From positions 723,080 to 787,079 of the forward strand of contig CAVVZC010000003.1 in NCBI GenBank assembly GCA_963752565.1: a stretch of DNA of 64,000 nucleotides, in the 5' to 3' direction. This document shows positions 42,059 to 52,489 of this stretch, in pieces. A model generated the notes under the pieces. That model was not told the DNA's origin. It did no database searches and saw only the letters and a program-made list of their open reading frames with translations. This DNA comes from an uncultured delta proteobacterium. Its GTDB lineage: Bacteria > Desulfobacterota > Desulfobacteria > Desulfobacterales > UBA11574. The position numbers were made by a program, and so were the translations under genes. Positions within the stretch are counted from its first letter, which is position 1. Each line of letters starts with the position of its first letter.

Positions 42059-42421
42059 ATGGAAAAAATTCTGATCATCGATAATCAAAAATGGATACTA
42101 GATCTTTTTCATAACGAATTGCTCCGTGAGAGGTATACAGTTTCAGTTGCACCGGATGCTGAAATAATTCAGGAACACATTATGTCAGGCAAGTTCGATA
42201 TGGTGCTTTTAAGTCTTTATCTGCAGCATGGTTACTTCGTATGGGAAGTTTTACAGCACATCAAAAAGTTAGACCCAGACCTCCCGGTGATTATTCTTGC
42301 CGAATATGACAAATATCTATATGAACCGCAACTCGAATTAGCCGAGGACTATGTGGTCAAGAGCTGTTTGGCGGTAAAAGAACTCAAACAAAAGATGGAC
42401 GCAATTTTATGTGATGAATAG
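42059..42421 (+). CDS. Atypical response regulator (phospho-Asp replaced)
   Basis: KILIID, DMVLLSL, PDLPVII, YVVKS. Confidence 0.75.
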   Translation: MEKILIIDNQKWILDLFHNELLRERYTVSVAPDAEIIQEHIMSGKFDMVLLSLYLQHGYFVWEVLQHIKKLDPDLPVIILAEYDKYLYEPQLELAEDYVVKSCLAVKELKQKMDAILCDE

Positions 42422-42533
42422 CTGACTACAGCAGCAAACCTTGCGTCTTGCATCTCCCCGAAAGGCGGGATCTAACGACCGGCAAACTCAACAATCGCTC
42501 AGCTGAGTTTTAACGATAAAGGAGGAAAAAGCA

Positions 42534-42821
42534 ATGCAGCATAGCGACACTTATTGGAAGATGAGAAGAAAAATGGCCAAGGATTTAGGCTACCAAATTG
42601 ATGAAATTCAAGCTGAGAAAAAGAGCTCGAAAACGGAAGTCAACGCTGAGATTGTCAAACATTTCCAGGCGCTGAGGCAGAAAACAGATAACGTGCTGAA
42701 AAAATTGGACGACTTAAAATATGCCGGCGAGAACACGAAGGAAAATATCAAAGAAGAAGTGGAGAAAGCAATGGATGATCTGAAGGCGGCTGTGGACGAC
42801 GCTATATCCAGATACAGGTAA
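42534..42821 (+). CDS. Small coiled-coil protein (Sll1863-like stress protein)
   Basis: RBS AAGGAGG; helical, ending EKAMDDLKAAVDDAISRYR. Confidence 0.65.
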   Translation: MQHSDTYWKMRRKMAKDLGYQIDEIQAEKKSSKTEVNAEIVKHFQALRQKTDNVLKKLDDLKYAGENTKENIKEEVEKAMDDLKAAVDDAISRYR

Positions 42822-43020
42822 ATTAGCGAAAAATATAGTCTGAAATGATGTGACGGGGAATGGAGCAAATATGGCTCTCTGTTTTCATTGCATCCGGAGT
42901 AAAATGAGGCTTCTTGCCGCCCCGTTGAGACGGGATCTTCACTGCGTTCCGACAAGCGGTGGGGGTATTTAAAAACCATGATAGATTTTTTTATCAAATT
43001 TGTAGATACAGGAGGGAGAC

Positions 43021-43470
43021 ATGTATAAAACTATATTGGTTCCATTGGACGGCTCGAAACGAGCTGAGGCAATATTGCCTCATGTTAAGAATCTGTCACG
43101 ATGTTTCAACGCCAAAGTGATTTTTTTTATAGTTGCGGAACCGTCGCTTATGTTGGAATATGATGAAGTCATTGATATGCCAAAGTACCTTGAAATACGA
43201 GATCATCAGAAGAAGGAAACAGAAACTTATCTTGCTTCTCTTCAAAAAGGGTTTCGCGCAAAGGGTATCAAAGTTCAAACTATCATCGGCCATGGGCTGG
43301 TTGTAAAAGCGATTATTGATGTTGCTGAACGCGAAAATGCGGACCTGGTGGCGATGGCCAGTCACGGTCGCAGCGGTTTGTCCAGAGCATTTTATGGAAG
43401 CGTCGCAGCCGGGGTGTTGCAACGTATAGATCGACCCTTGCTCCTCATTCGTTCACGGCGTAATGATTAG
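43021..43470 (+). CDS. Universal stress protein
   Basis: ILVPLDGS, DLVAMASHGRSG, GSVA. Confidence 0.93.
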   Translation: MYKTILVPLDGSKRAEAILPHVKNLSRCFNAKVIFFIVAEPSLMLEYDEVIDMPKYLEIRDHQKKETETYLASLQKGFRAKGIKVQTIIGHGLVVKAIIDVAERENADLVAMASHGRSGLSRAFYGSVAAGVLQRIDRPLLLIRSRRND

Positions 43471-43535
43471 CCCGGATATTCCCCAAGTTTGATTTGTTTA
43501 TTTGCTTGATATGAAAAATGAGACAGTATCGAACT

Positions 43536-44804
43536 TCACCAGTTGCGGATACAGTGGTCCAATAACGTGACCAGTCTCTTCTCCAACGTCTGATAAGAAT
43601 AGTAACGGCGTCCGAGCTGATAGTTCTTTTCTGCCCATTCAATGGTCAGCTCATGATTAAAGAGTATCTTTTGGACGTCTTCAACAATTTTCAAACTTAT
43701 AAAATCTTCAAACCATATTACCTTAAACCCCTTGGGTTGGATGTCACATTTGAAGATTTCATAGGCTTCCATTATAATGGGACGGCGGTAGTATATCGTT
43801 TCCAAAAATGCATTTCCGAATCCTTCGATCACCGAGGGATAAGTCACAAGATCTGCCTGTGAGTATGCATCTGCTATTGAATAAACTTTTCGTCCGTCAG
43901 AAGTTGTCTGGCGACGGTAGGCAAACCGATCGGCTGCACACAAAAAGTTCACCCCGATAAGATTGGCAAATTCTTTAAGATATATCTGATAATCAATGCC
44001 CTCGTCACCTGCTTTATGGGTCACGACTAATACACATTCTGTGTTGATACGCCGTGCCAATGCGATAGCTCTTTCTATCTTTTTTCGAGGTACTATACGC
44101 GTTGGTTGAAGCAGGATAGCAGTTCCTTTTTTAATTCCCAGCTCCTGCCGCATATCATTTGCATAACCATCCGGCAAAGAAGGAGGTGAATCAAAATCCA
44201 TCACGTTTGGTACAAGGACGGAACCAATGCCTGTCCGGAAAGCAAGTTCACGAGCAGCGATACTGTTAATAACCACATGATAAACAGAACTCATGGTGCA
44301 GGGAAATGCCGAACGTAAATAGTCATCTGCCGGGCTTTTTATATATCGGGTGCGTTCCCACCAGAAATCATGATGATGGGCTATCGTATGCATCGATGTC
44401 TCACCTATAAATTCAGCAAGTGCAATTCCCAAAGGCACATTCATGGGCAAAGACAATGCATTTTCTACTATGAGAAGATTCAAATCAAACCTCTGCACAA
44501 ACCGATACAAGCCGGCCTTTAAATGTTCCTTAAGTTTGTGAATTACTCGGCTAGTATCTCCGGAGCGTTTTTTATCTTTGAAAAGCGTTTCATCAATTTT
44601 TAAGATCTCCGGATGTTTCATATGCGCCTCCGGAACCATATGCACGCGCTCTTCCGGCCAGTCAGATTCTCCGCAGAAACAAAAACATTCATGTCTCAAC
44701 CCTTGCAAGATATTCACCCACTTATTGGTCTCAAGGGAAACACCGTCCGTTCCCGACAATCGTGTCGCAATAAAACCAATTCGCATTCGCTGGGTATCCA
44801 TCAA
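43536..44804 (-). CDS. Glycosyltransferase family 4 (mannosylglucosylglycerate synthase-like)
   Basis: GTDGVSLE, HHHDFWWER, QPTRIVPRK, PSVIEGFGNAFLE. Confidence 0.85.
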   Translation of the reverse strand: MMDTQRMRIGFIATRLSGTDGVSLETNKWVNILQGLRHECFCFCGESDWPEERVHMVPEAHMKHPEILKIDETLFKDKKRSGDTSRVIHKLKEHLKAGLYRFVQRFDLNLLIVENALSLPMNVPLGIALAEFIGETSMHTIAHHHDFWWERTRYIKSPADDYLRSAFPCTMSSVYHVVINSIAARELAFRTGIGSVLVPNVMDFDSPPSLPDGYANDMRQELGIKKGTAILLQPTRIVPRKKIERAIALARRINTECVLVVTHKAGDEGIDYQIYLKEFANLIGVNFLCAADRFAYRRQTTSDGRKVYSIADAYSQADLVTYPSVIEGFGNAFLETIYYRRPIIMEAYEIFKCDIQPKGFKVIWFEDFISLKIVEDVQKILFNHELTIEWAEKNYQLGRRYYSYQTLEKRLVTLLDHCIRNW

Positions 44805-44903
44805 TCTACCTCAACTTTCTTTAATTGGGTCCTATACCGCCGCCGCCTTGCATTTACTTACCACCTTCAGATTCTGGATTCTATCTTTTGGATAAAATGT
44901 CGT

Positions 44904-46322
44904 TTATGACTTTTTGTTTTTCTTTATCCGGTCAAACATCTTTAAAGCATCAAAATAATACCGCACTCTGAATTCCACCCGACAATCGTTTTTCTTTTCA
45001 CCATATTCAGTGTCCGGACCCCCCTCAATAAATCCCGCCTTCAACCGCAACTCCAGATTTGTAAACCCTGTATATGAGAACTCCGGGGAAAGGGAATAAC
45101 TTTTATCATTAAGGTTGTAGATCCAGGTAATTGACGGCGTGAAATAAAGAATATCAAAGGGTTCTTTCTGGCTAATACGCAAGTAAAGGTAATCTTGCAT
45201 GGGATTTCGCCTGTTGTAGCCTTCTTCAGCAAATGATGCGGCATTTCTCAAAAGGCTATCATCGCCTGAAGCGAGAAACACATCATGACCCTTATTTGCA
45301 AAGGCAAAGAAATCCTCCATCTCACCGGCGGTGAATCCCGTTCCGTTCCGATAATACTCGCAAATGAAGGTAGTATCGTAGAGTGTGAGGTATCTGAGGC
45401 CCACAAGATAGCTTGTGGCATCAAATGTTTTGTCATACATTCTTCCATCGCTATCAATAAATTTCTTTTTGAAGTTATTTATAAACGCAAATTCACCATG
45501 TATTTCGAAATTTGGGGTGATATTTCGCGAAAAATCTAAACCAAATCTGGACGTTTTACTACCACCGGTGAGGAACATAAAATCTATATCAGTGTTATAG
45601 AAAAGAAGATACAGCTTGCCAGCGAAGTTAAGATTGTTTATATTTCCAAAATCCTCATTAATATCTTCATAAACAGGGACGAAGACTGGGGTAAGAGTTG
45701 CGGTTTGTAAAGGCCCATTAAAACTCTTTGTGTAATTCGTTAATGCCATAATGAACCCTTCGCGAGGAAGGTTGGGATCCTCGGGATTTTTAGGTCTTTG
45801 CGCAAAGCCCACAAAGGTTTGGGCATAGCCTTTGCCCCAGTTTAATGTTATTTTGCCAAAATCAGCATTAAAATACGGCGAAGGTTGCAGAGACACATAT
45901 CCTTCGAAAATATTTACCTCTGCATCTGATTCGATTTCAGACTCAACAGCGTCAATATTTGTCCTCAGGAAAAAGCCTCCAATCCCTTTTTCATAACTTA
46001 CATCCAATAAGAGTTCGAAATTATATTCATCTAACTTGCTTCTATTTGAACGATCATAAAATTCGAGGTTATAGAAAGCCGCATCATCATCCAACCAATA
46101 AAATGTGGGCCGGAATTCTATATACCCACCAATGCTGTATGGCTTTTTTTCTATCTCTTTCTCTATTTCCGACAAGTCAAAGGAATACTCTTCCTGGGCG
46201 AGGAGAAACTGAGGGAAAAGAATAAAGATTGATAGCAATATCTTAAGTAATTTCAATTTCTTGATAACCCATTTATCGCAGGGATTCCAGCTTGGACATG
46301 AATGTGAGTGTAAATACCTCAT
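44904..46322 (-). CDS. Putative outer-membrane beta-barrel protein
   Basis: Signal peptide, Tyr/Phe/Gly-rich strands, WGKGY, RVRYYF near C-terminus; real start probably downstream of ORF start. Confidence 0.7.
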   Translation of the reverse strand: MRYLHSHSCPSWNPCDKWVIKKLKLLKILLSIFILFPQFLLAQEEYSFDLSEIEKEIEKKPYSIGGYIEFRPTFYWLDDDAAFYNLEFYDRSNRSKLDEYNFELLLDVSYEKGIGGFFLRTNIDAVESEIESDAEVNIFEGYVSLQPSPYFNADFGKITLNWGKGYAQTFVGFAQRPKNPEDPNLPREGFIMALTNYTKSFNGPLQTATLTPVFVPVYEDINEDFGNINNLNFAGKLYLLFYNTDIDFMFLTGGSKTSRFGLDFSRNITPNFEIHGEFAFINNFKKKFIDSDGRMYDKTFDATSYLVGLRYLTLYDTTFICEYYRNGTGFTAGEMEDFFAFANKGHDVFLASGDDSLLRNAASFAEEGYNRRNPMQDYLYLRISQKEPFDILYFTPSITWIYNLNDKSYSLSPEFSYTGFTNLELRLKAGFIEGGPDTEYGEKKNDCRVEFRVRYYFDALKMFDRIKKNKKS

Positions 46323-47007
46323 CTTTAAGCTTCACGGGCTTAACTTTTACAAAAATCATGATCGATTTGTATCCCTTGTGAAGAGGGCTGTTGGTTTCGA
46401 TGACAGAAGGACGGATAATGTTATCAACAAAGGCTTTGACCTCCTTGAAATGAAGGGTTTTAAGCAGTATCCCGGATGCGGCATAACATTCGATTTTGGT
46501 AGGAAGCAGTTTCTTATCATCGGCCCACATTTTAACCCTGTCGTAAGCAACAGATCTGGTCTTTGCTTTTAGGTGAAGAAGGTAGAGGCCTTTTTCTTTT
46601 TCCATTTTTTCACAGTTATATTCTTGGTTGTAGTCAAGTCTCATGATGTCCGCATTGTTGAAAATGCCCCCCGTTACGGACTGTAGGCTGGTTATGCGGA
46701 TGGGTTTTCCCACATTTGGAATGTAAAGCCACATATTTTCTCCCACCCGAAGGGTAGATCGGCCTTTCTCACTGGCAGGAGACAAAAAGACGGATGCAAT
46801 CTTATCTTTTCCCTTTTTTACTGAATACATGATAAACGCTTTTGTTGAACCGTCAGGTTCAACATTGATCAGTTTGCGGTACATCTCAAAGCTTTCGGGG
46901 TTGAGGTTGCGGTCTACTTTTTCCAATAGCTCATTTCCGTCAATAGCAAAAGTCGAAGAACTCACTACCAAAAAAACCAGTATACTTCCTGTAATATATT
47001 TTATCAT
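46273..47007 (-). CDS. Outer-membrane lipoprotein-sorting (LolA-like) protein
   Basis: Signal peptide, FLSPASEKGRSTL, MWLYIP, LKDEVFT. Confidence 0.85.
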   Translation of the reverse strand: MIKYITGSILVFLVVSSSTFAIDGNELLEKVDRNLNPESFEMYRKLINVEPDGSTKAFIMYSVKKGKDKIASVFLSPASEKGRSTLRVGENMWLYIPNVGKPIRITSLQSVTGGIFNNADIMRLDYNQEYNCEKMEKEKGLYLLHLKAKTRSVAYDRVKMWADDKKLLPTKIECYAASGILLKTLHFKEVKAFVDNIIRPSVIETNSPLHKGYKSIMIFVKVKPVKLKDEVFTLTFMSKLESLR

Positions 47008-47030
47008 AATTTACCTCATATTAGTTTCCT

Positions 47031-47423
47031 TTAATTAAGGTCTTCAACAACGTTTTTTACAATACCTGATGCCTCGTGATGATCTATTCCCTTTTCATCC
47101 AAAGCTGATTTCATTTTATGGCCAAAATCACCTGCAACCACTACGTTAACATTTTTTGAGGCAAGAAGATCTGCAGCGTTTGGCCCGGCGCCCCTCACAG
47201 CATCACGAAACGGATTAGAAATAACCTCCAGGAGATTTCCACCCTTGTCAAAGATCAAATAATACGGAGCATGTGCTGCCTTATCGCTTATTTGACTGTT
47301 TTCTGTTTTTTCAAGCGTTGCCACGGCAATTATTTGTGCCTGTTTGGGTTGGGCAAAAACAACGGTGCAAAGAAACAGGGCCAAACCAATTAGTATAATA
47401 ATTTTTTTCATTTTTCTCTCCAA
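47031..47423 (-). CDS. NifB/NifX family protein with signal peptide
   Basis: MKKIIILIGLALFLCTVVFA leader; IAVA, APYYLIFD, NPF, VVAGDFG. Confidence 0.8.
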   Translation of the reverse strand: MERKMKKIIILIGLALFLCTVVFAQPKQAQIIAVATLEKTENSQISDKAAHAPYYLIFDKGGNLLEVISNPFRDAVRGAGPNAADLLASKNVNVVVAGDFGHKMKSALDEKGIDHHEASGIVKNVVEDLN

Positions 47424-47512
47424 CTGTGGATTATTAAGCCATAAAGTAAAGCTCTTCAGCGAAGCTTCATCTTTGTTTGTATTTTCGTGTTATCGTTATT
47501 ATGCCTTCAATT

Positions 47513-48766
47513 CTACACATGTCTTAACGCATCAACCGGCTCCATCTTTGAAGCCTTGTAAGCCGGCTGCAGGGCAGCGAAACCCGAAACCAAAAGTACA
47601 ATGGCGGACACCCAACACAGTTCAGAGAAATTAATGGCTGGAGACAGGATGAGATCGTCCATTCGACCAAAAGAGAACCGAATCTTATAGATATTCAATA
47701 TGTAAATCCCTCCAAGGCCGATAACATTTCCAAGAAGGGTGCTGATTACCCCGAGGGAAAATCCTTCAGCTAAAAACAGGATCATAATTTTTCCGGGCGA
47801 GGTTCCAATGGCAGACATAGTTCCGATTTCTCTGATCCTTTCATAGACCGACATGATCATGACGTTTAGAATACTGATAAGAACAATAGCGATCATAATG
47901 ATTTTCATGGAAACGGTCATAAGATCGATCATTTTGGCAATATTATTAAAGGGCGACAGATTTTCCCATGTATGAATTTCAAAAGCGGGTTTCCCTTTGG
48001 GGTTTTTGTATCGGGCAAGGCCGGACTTCAGATCGGCAAAAACGGTATCAAGCTTATCGAAGTTTTTTAACCGTATGGCAACTTCCGTGACCTCAGGTTC
48101 TTTCATGCGAAGCAGGGCTTGTGCATCATCAATATGCATATAACCCTCTTTGCCCTGGGGACCCAGTACATCCTCTATAATCCCGGCTACGATAAAGTTT
48201 AGGCCATTCACAGAGCCCTCCCTATTATTGGCAACAACAACTACTGAGTCCTCTTCCTTTATTTTCATTCCTTTTGCTAACTTCTCAGGAATAATGACCT
48301 CCCCTGTCTTTATAAAAATCTCACCCTTATTCTTGTCCTTTAACAGGATGCGGTCCCCAATGGCAGGGCAAACTTTAACCTCTTTTTCAGGATCTATGGC
48401 GTTAATGCGGATATTGGTTGTCTCGGTAAAATTGCTCAGCATGGCTCCCAACTTTATCCTTGGGGCATAGGCAGACACTTCAGGTTGTTGCATGAGAATT
48501 TCCTCGATTTTCTTATATCCTTTCTGATTTAGATTTAAATTCAAAGGCATTGTATCGATGGAGGAAACGTATCCTCTCTTATGGATCTGCATTTGGGCCA
48601 GATTGGAGTCCGTTATCTGGCCAATCATCATGCCCTTAAATGACCCGGAAAGGCCTGAAAAGAGTATAACCATCACAACACCCACCATGATCAACAGAGA
48701 AGTAAGAAGTGTTCTCCTCCTGTAACGCTTTAGATTTCGTAAGGCTATTTTGAAAGTATTAATCAT
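47513..48766 (-). CDS. ABC transporter permease (FtsX/MacB/LolE type)
   Basis: ALRNL.R..RRT, SVYERIREIGTM.AIG, PA.KASKMEPVDALR. Confidence 0.92.
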   Translation of the reverse strand: MINTFKIALRNLKRYRRRTLLTSLLIMVGVVMVILFSGLSGSFKGMMIGQITDSNLAQMQIHKRGYVSSIDTMPLNLNLNQKGYKKIEEILMQQPEVSAYAPRIKLGAMLSNFTETTNIRINAIDPEKEVKVCPAIGDRILLKDKNKGEIFIKTGEVIIPEKLAKGMKIKEEDSVVVVANNREGSVNGLNFIVAGIIEDVLGPQGKEGYMHIDDAQALLRMKEPEVTEVAIRLKNFDKLDTVFADLKSGLARYKNPKGKPAFEIHTWENLSPFNNIAKMIDLMTVSMKIIMIAIVLISILNVMIMSVYERIREIGTMSAIGTSPGKIMILFLAEGFSLGVISTLLGNVIGLGGIYILNIYKIRFSFGRMDDLILSPAINFSELCWVSAIVLLVSGFAALQPAYKASKMEPVDALRHV

Positions 48767-49470
48767 TGGGTTTCCTTCCTGTCTGAAATTTGCTCCGTAT
48801 GAATCAGCCTGCCATCTTCCAGGGTGTGAATAACTTCCGCCTCATGCATGATCCTTGGGTCATGGGTCGAAAAGATAAATGTGGTTCCAAAATCGTCTCG
48901 CATCCGCCTCATGAGTCGAATCACGTTCAGGGCTGTGTTGTGATCAAGGTTCGCCGTGGGTTCATCTGCCAATACGATTTTTGGCCGCGTCACCAGAGCA
49001 CGGGCCACAGCCACCCTCTGCTTCTGGCCGCCTGAAAGCTGGTCGGGAAACTTGTCTTTTTGCTCTAACATCTCGACTGCTTCAAGGACATTCAAGATCA
49101 TGTCCTCTTGTTTTGACTTCGATTCGTTCTTTATCATCACGAGAGGATATTCAATATTCTCGTAGGCGGTCAGCACAGGAAAAAGGTTGAATGCCTGGAA
49201 AATAAACCCCAGCACTGAACCCCTGAAAGCCGCAGCCTCTTTTCGCTTAAGAGCACTCACCGCCTCCCCGGACACCACTAGCTTCCCTGTTGTCGGTTTG
49301 TCCAGACATCCAACAAGGTTTAGAAGCGTGGTCTTACCACATCCCGAAGGCCCAACGAAGGAGACAAAGGAAGCTGGCTCAATTTCGAAATTCAAGCCTT
49401 TTAACGCCTCCACCTTAACTTCTCCGCTTAGATATGTCTTTGATACATCCTCAGCTATTACTAAACTCAT
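48763..49470 (-). CDS. ABC transporter ATP-binding protein (LolD-like)
   Basis: [27 protein letters not shown]. Confidence 0.95.
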   Translation of the reverse strand: MSLVIAEDVSKTYLSGEVKVEALKGLNFEIEPASFVSFVGPSGCGKTTLLNLVGCLDKPTTGKLVVSGEAVSALKRKEAAAFRGSVLGFIFQAFNLFPVLTAYENIEYPLVMIKNESKSKQEDMILNVLEAVEMLEQKDKFPDQLSGGQKQRVAVARALVTRPKIVLADEPTANLDHNTALNVIRLMRRMRDDFGTTFIFSTHDPRIMHEAEVIHTLEDGRLIHTEQISDRKETQ

Positions 49471-49547
49471 AATTTACCTCTTTCTGTGCCTACATATGAA
49501 TCCTTTACGCATACAGCCCATAACAACCAAGTTCATTGATGTGAGAT

Positions 49548-50048
49548 TCATTTATCGATCTTTTGAATGATGTGTCCCTGTATAATAGAAGCAATAATGA
49601 TATACCCTGTAAGTATGATGACGAATGGTATTTTAAAATAGTAAACCATCAAGGGCAATAGCGGAATTTTTATAGCCCTGTTATACAAAAATGCTGCAAT
49701 CAAACCACTCTTCATGCCTTGATTTCGAAGATCTCGCAAAAGAGGATACCACGCATAAACAGGGCCATGACTCAGTATTCCTGTAAATATAGCTAAAAAC
49801 CATCCTTTAATTCCAGATCCTTTCCCGACATACTTTGATACTGTCCTGGGAGTAACAAAATAATTCATAATGCCCATAAAGAGTATAATAAGTAATAAGG
49901 ATGGCACGATTTGAATAAGCGCATCTGCGCTTACCTTTAAAGATTTCTCTATGTTTTCGGGCTGGGGAAAAAACAGCAGAAAATAGATAAAGACGACAGT
50001 CCCTAAAAAATATATTCCATTATATTTGGCGCCATTTCTTTTTTTCAC
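49548..50048 (-). CDS. Predicted permease (DUF318/ArsP-like), half 2
   Basis: GILSHGPVYAWYPLL, FLYNRAIKIP; hydrophobic. Confidence 0.8.
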   Translation of the reverse strand: MKKRNGAKYNGIYFLGTVVFIYFLLFFPQPENIEKSLKVSADALIQIVPSLLLIILFMGIMNYFVTPRTVSKYVGKGSGIKGWFLAIFTGILSHGPVYAWYPLLRDLRNQGMKSGLIAAFLYNRAIKIPLLPLMVYYFKIPFVIILTGYIIIASIIQGHIIQKIDK

Positions 50049-50073
50049 CCTATCTTTTCTATCTCCATTTCTA

Positions 50074-50523
50074 TCATTGAATTATTACCAATGTCTTAAC
50101 AGTTGCTATTGAAACCAGGATAGCTAAAATATAGCCTAAAATATTTCTGACACACGCGAACCGTCTCCCCAAAACGGTTGCTTCAGCAGGAAATTGAATG
50201 ATACCGACCGTAACCCATGCCACGAGAAATGATGTTATTGCAATGAGGCTGACATTTTCTTTCACCAGTTCTCCTCCTATAATGTAACTGTTAACAGGAT
50301 TTCCGGTAGAAATACTGCCAATTAATGCGCCAATTACAGTATCTCGCAGAAATTCTCCCGTAAATACGGCAGAAAGCATCTGCTTTGATACAAATGTTCT
50401 GAAAAGTCCAAAAACTAAGATGACACCCAGTATAATAGGTAATGAGGTTCCGAAACTTTTAAAGGCTTTAAATAAAGCTGAGACGATATCTTTCTTTTCA
50501 TCGTTTTGTTTTCTGTTAGTCAT
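50074..50523 (-). CDS. Predicted permease (DUF318/ArsP-like), half 1
   Basis: GSISTGNPVNSYIIGGEL, VAWVTVG, PAE..LG.RFA..RN. Confidence 0.8.
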   Translation of the reverse strand: MTNRKQNDEKKDIVSALFKAFKSFGTSLPIILGVILVFGLFRTFVSKQMLSAVFTGEFLRDTVIGALIGSISTGNPVNSYIIGGELVKENVSLIAITSFLVAWVTVGIIQFPAEATVLGRRFACVRNILGYILAILVSIATVKTLVIIQ

Positions 50524-50656
50524 GGATCCTTCCTTGCTGGCGACTCGCTGGAGAATTATCAGAATTTGCCCTTTTCCTTTTGAAATTGATCTTTGGGCAT
50601 AGACATCTTTCCTTCACCTTTATTTCTGATATAAATCTAATTTTTGTTAACTCAGG

Positions 50657-51136
50657 CTAATCCACAACTAAAACCGAAATATCCTTTGCTGTATTGAATA
50701 CTTTTTGTGAAACACTCCCTAGAATAAAATCCTTAATTCCGGAAAGTCCCCTTTTCCCCATAACGACGACATGATAACCGGCCTTGGCTTCTCTTATGAT
50801 ATCTCTTGCAATTCCCTTTTTTTTTATTTCTGATTTTTTTGTGATATTCTTTTCTTCGAATTTTGCATCCAAAAGTATTCTTTTGGCTTTTTGCATGGCC
50901 TCATTAACCAGCTTCTTTTTTTTCTCTTCCAGCAAGCAAAAAGAGCTCTGTTGGGATGTAAAATAAGGGGTTAACTCCGGACTGTTCATTGCGCACAAGG
51001 TTGCAGTGTCTGGAATTACATTAAATAGCGTAATTGTATTATCAGGTGTAAAAAAATTAGCCACAAATTCAACTGCTCGCCTAGCGTTTTCAGAATCATC
51101 AATTGCCAATAATATTTTTTTCTCCATGGGTAGCAC
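50657..51136 (-). CDS. Universal stress protein
   Basis: KILLAIDDSE, VVMGKRGLS, LGSVSQKV. Confidence 0.92.
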   Translation of the reverse strand: MLPMEKKILLAIDDSENARRAVEFVANFFTPDNTITLFNVIPDTATLCAMNSPELTPYFTSQQSSFCLLEEKKKKLVNEAMQKAKRILLDAKFEEKNITKKSEIKKKGIARDIIREAKAGYHVVVMGKRGLSGIKDFILGSVSQKVFNTAKDISVLVVD

Positions 51137-51371
51137 CCTCCTTTAAGGTGTTATATGCCTCTGTATTCATTATACCAAGTTAGATTATATCCTATTCACA
51201 GTATTTTAATCCTTACACATCATCTCACTATTTTGTTTAGGTTTTTGATCAACCAAGTAGAGATTCTTCAAACTACATAACAACTAAGGTTTTGCGAGAC
51301 CGGCTAAAAAGTTATTCGTGAGGAGGAACAAAATCTTCTATCCTGCCCTTTGTTGTGGCTCAAAAACTGCC

Positions 51372-51974
51372 TTAAAAATCATAATCATAGGCATCGTCGT
51401 GGGCTGGTCTGACGTCTTTCATCATAACAACAACACCCACAGGCATATTTTCCCTGTCCTTGACCATGTTCGGAATTTCTGCAACACGATAGAACCCTGC
51501 TCTGTTAAAAGCATGGATTGCAGCAGTGCTAAGTTCGGGAATTTCGACAATGAGTTTTTCGATCCCAAGTTTGTACGCGATGTCCACGAGCTCATTAATC
51601 ATCAGATGCCCCAGACCAACATCCCGGTACTCTTTGTGCACAAAAACCCGCACGGTACCCAGATGGTGTTTCCAGCCAGACCGGCGGCGGTTGATCGTTG
51701 CATCGCCAATAATAGCATTATCTTTTATTGCCAAAATGGGCAGCGTCTTTTCGTAGTCAAGATTTTTCGCCCATTTTTCTACAAGGAGTCTGCTGGATAC
51801 ATCGTCACGCAAATACCTTGAATCTTCTTTGGGAATCGCTTTGAAAAACTCATACAACGCATCCTGGTCTTCCGCCACCATAGGACGCAGAAGAACCTTA
51901 GTCCCGTTTTTAAGTTCTGTCTCTTTCTGATACGTGTTAATATCTATTTTCGGATACATGTCTCGGTCTGCCAT
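51372..51974 (-). CDS. GNAT family N-acetyltransferase (Pat-like stand-alone domain)
   Basis: LKNGTKVLLRP, VHKEYRDVGLG, FNRAGF; RBS AAGGAGG. Confidence 0.85.
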   Translation of the reverse strand: MADRDMYPKIDINTYQKETELKNGTKVLLRPMVAEDQDALYEFFKAIPKEDSRYLRDDVSSRLLVEKWAKNLDYEKTLPILAIKDNAIIGDATINRRRSGWKHHLGTVRVFVHKEYRDVGLGHLMINELVDIAYKLGIEKLIVEIPELSTAAIHAFNRAGFYRVAEIPNMVKDRENMPVGVVVMMKDVRPAHDDAYDYDF

Positions 51975-52132
51975 GAAGATTACCTCCTTTTAACCCTTAA
52001 GGGCATGTTGATATTTTTTGCTCCCCTCACGAAAAAATTATTTTATATGTGGCTCGTAATATAATTTAAAAGAGACTCTTCAAAAGATATTAATTGATCT
52101 TACTGTTTTTCCCTGACCTAACTTCCTGATGT

Positions 52133-52147
52133 GCATGGATCATGCCA
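52133..52147 (-). promoter_or_regulatory. sigma54 promoter (leftward, regulon site C)
   Basis: Reverse strand TGGCATGATCCATGC. Confidence 0.82.
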
Positions 52148-52230
52148 CCAAGTCATGATCTGAAAAAATAATAAAATTCCAAACAGTTAATATCATTATC
52201 ACCTGTGATTAATTCTTCTGGGCAGTCAAA

Positions 52231-52271
52231 TTTAGAAATTTTGCGAAATTTCTTTTCGCAATTTTTCTAAA
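52231..52271. promoter_or_regulatory. Regulon site C: tandem UAS shared by divergent promoters
   Basis: TTTAGAAATTTTGCGAAA at 52231 and TTTCGCAATTTTTCTAAA at 52254. Confidence 0.85.
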
Positions 52272-52411
52272 TCAAATGGATTATCACGGATAATATCAGT
52301 GGAAATATAATTTTTAAGGTGATGTTTTTGGTATCAGTGAGAAGGGCGCAGGGCTTAAAAGCAGAAGACACAAGGGTTATTTCATAGTTATATCCATATA
52401 CTGTTTTCGGG

Positions 52412-52426
52412 TGGTACATTTCATGC
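52412..52426 (+). promoter_or_regulatory. sigma54 promoter (rightward, regulon site C)
   Basis: TGGTACATTTCATGC (GG-N10-GC). Confidence 0.7.
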
Positions 52427-52489
52427 ATAAAGCTAGGTAGAAAGAAAAGTCACAATGGTTATTTAATAATTATATGAAGGGGGTGTGTT

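Noticed and set aside
42455-42512. Possible c-di-GMP-I riboswitch (GAAA hairpin, GGCAAAC)
   Set aside because: Element order and second stem do not match the consensus
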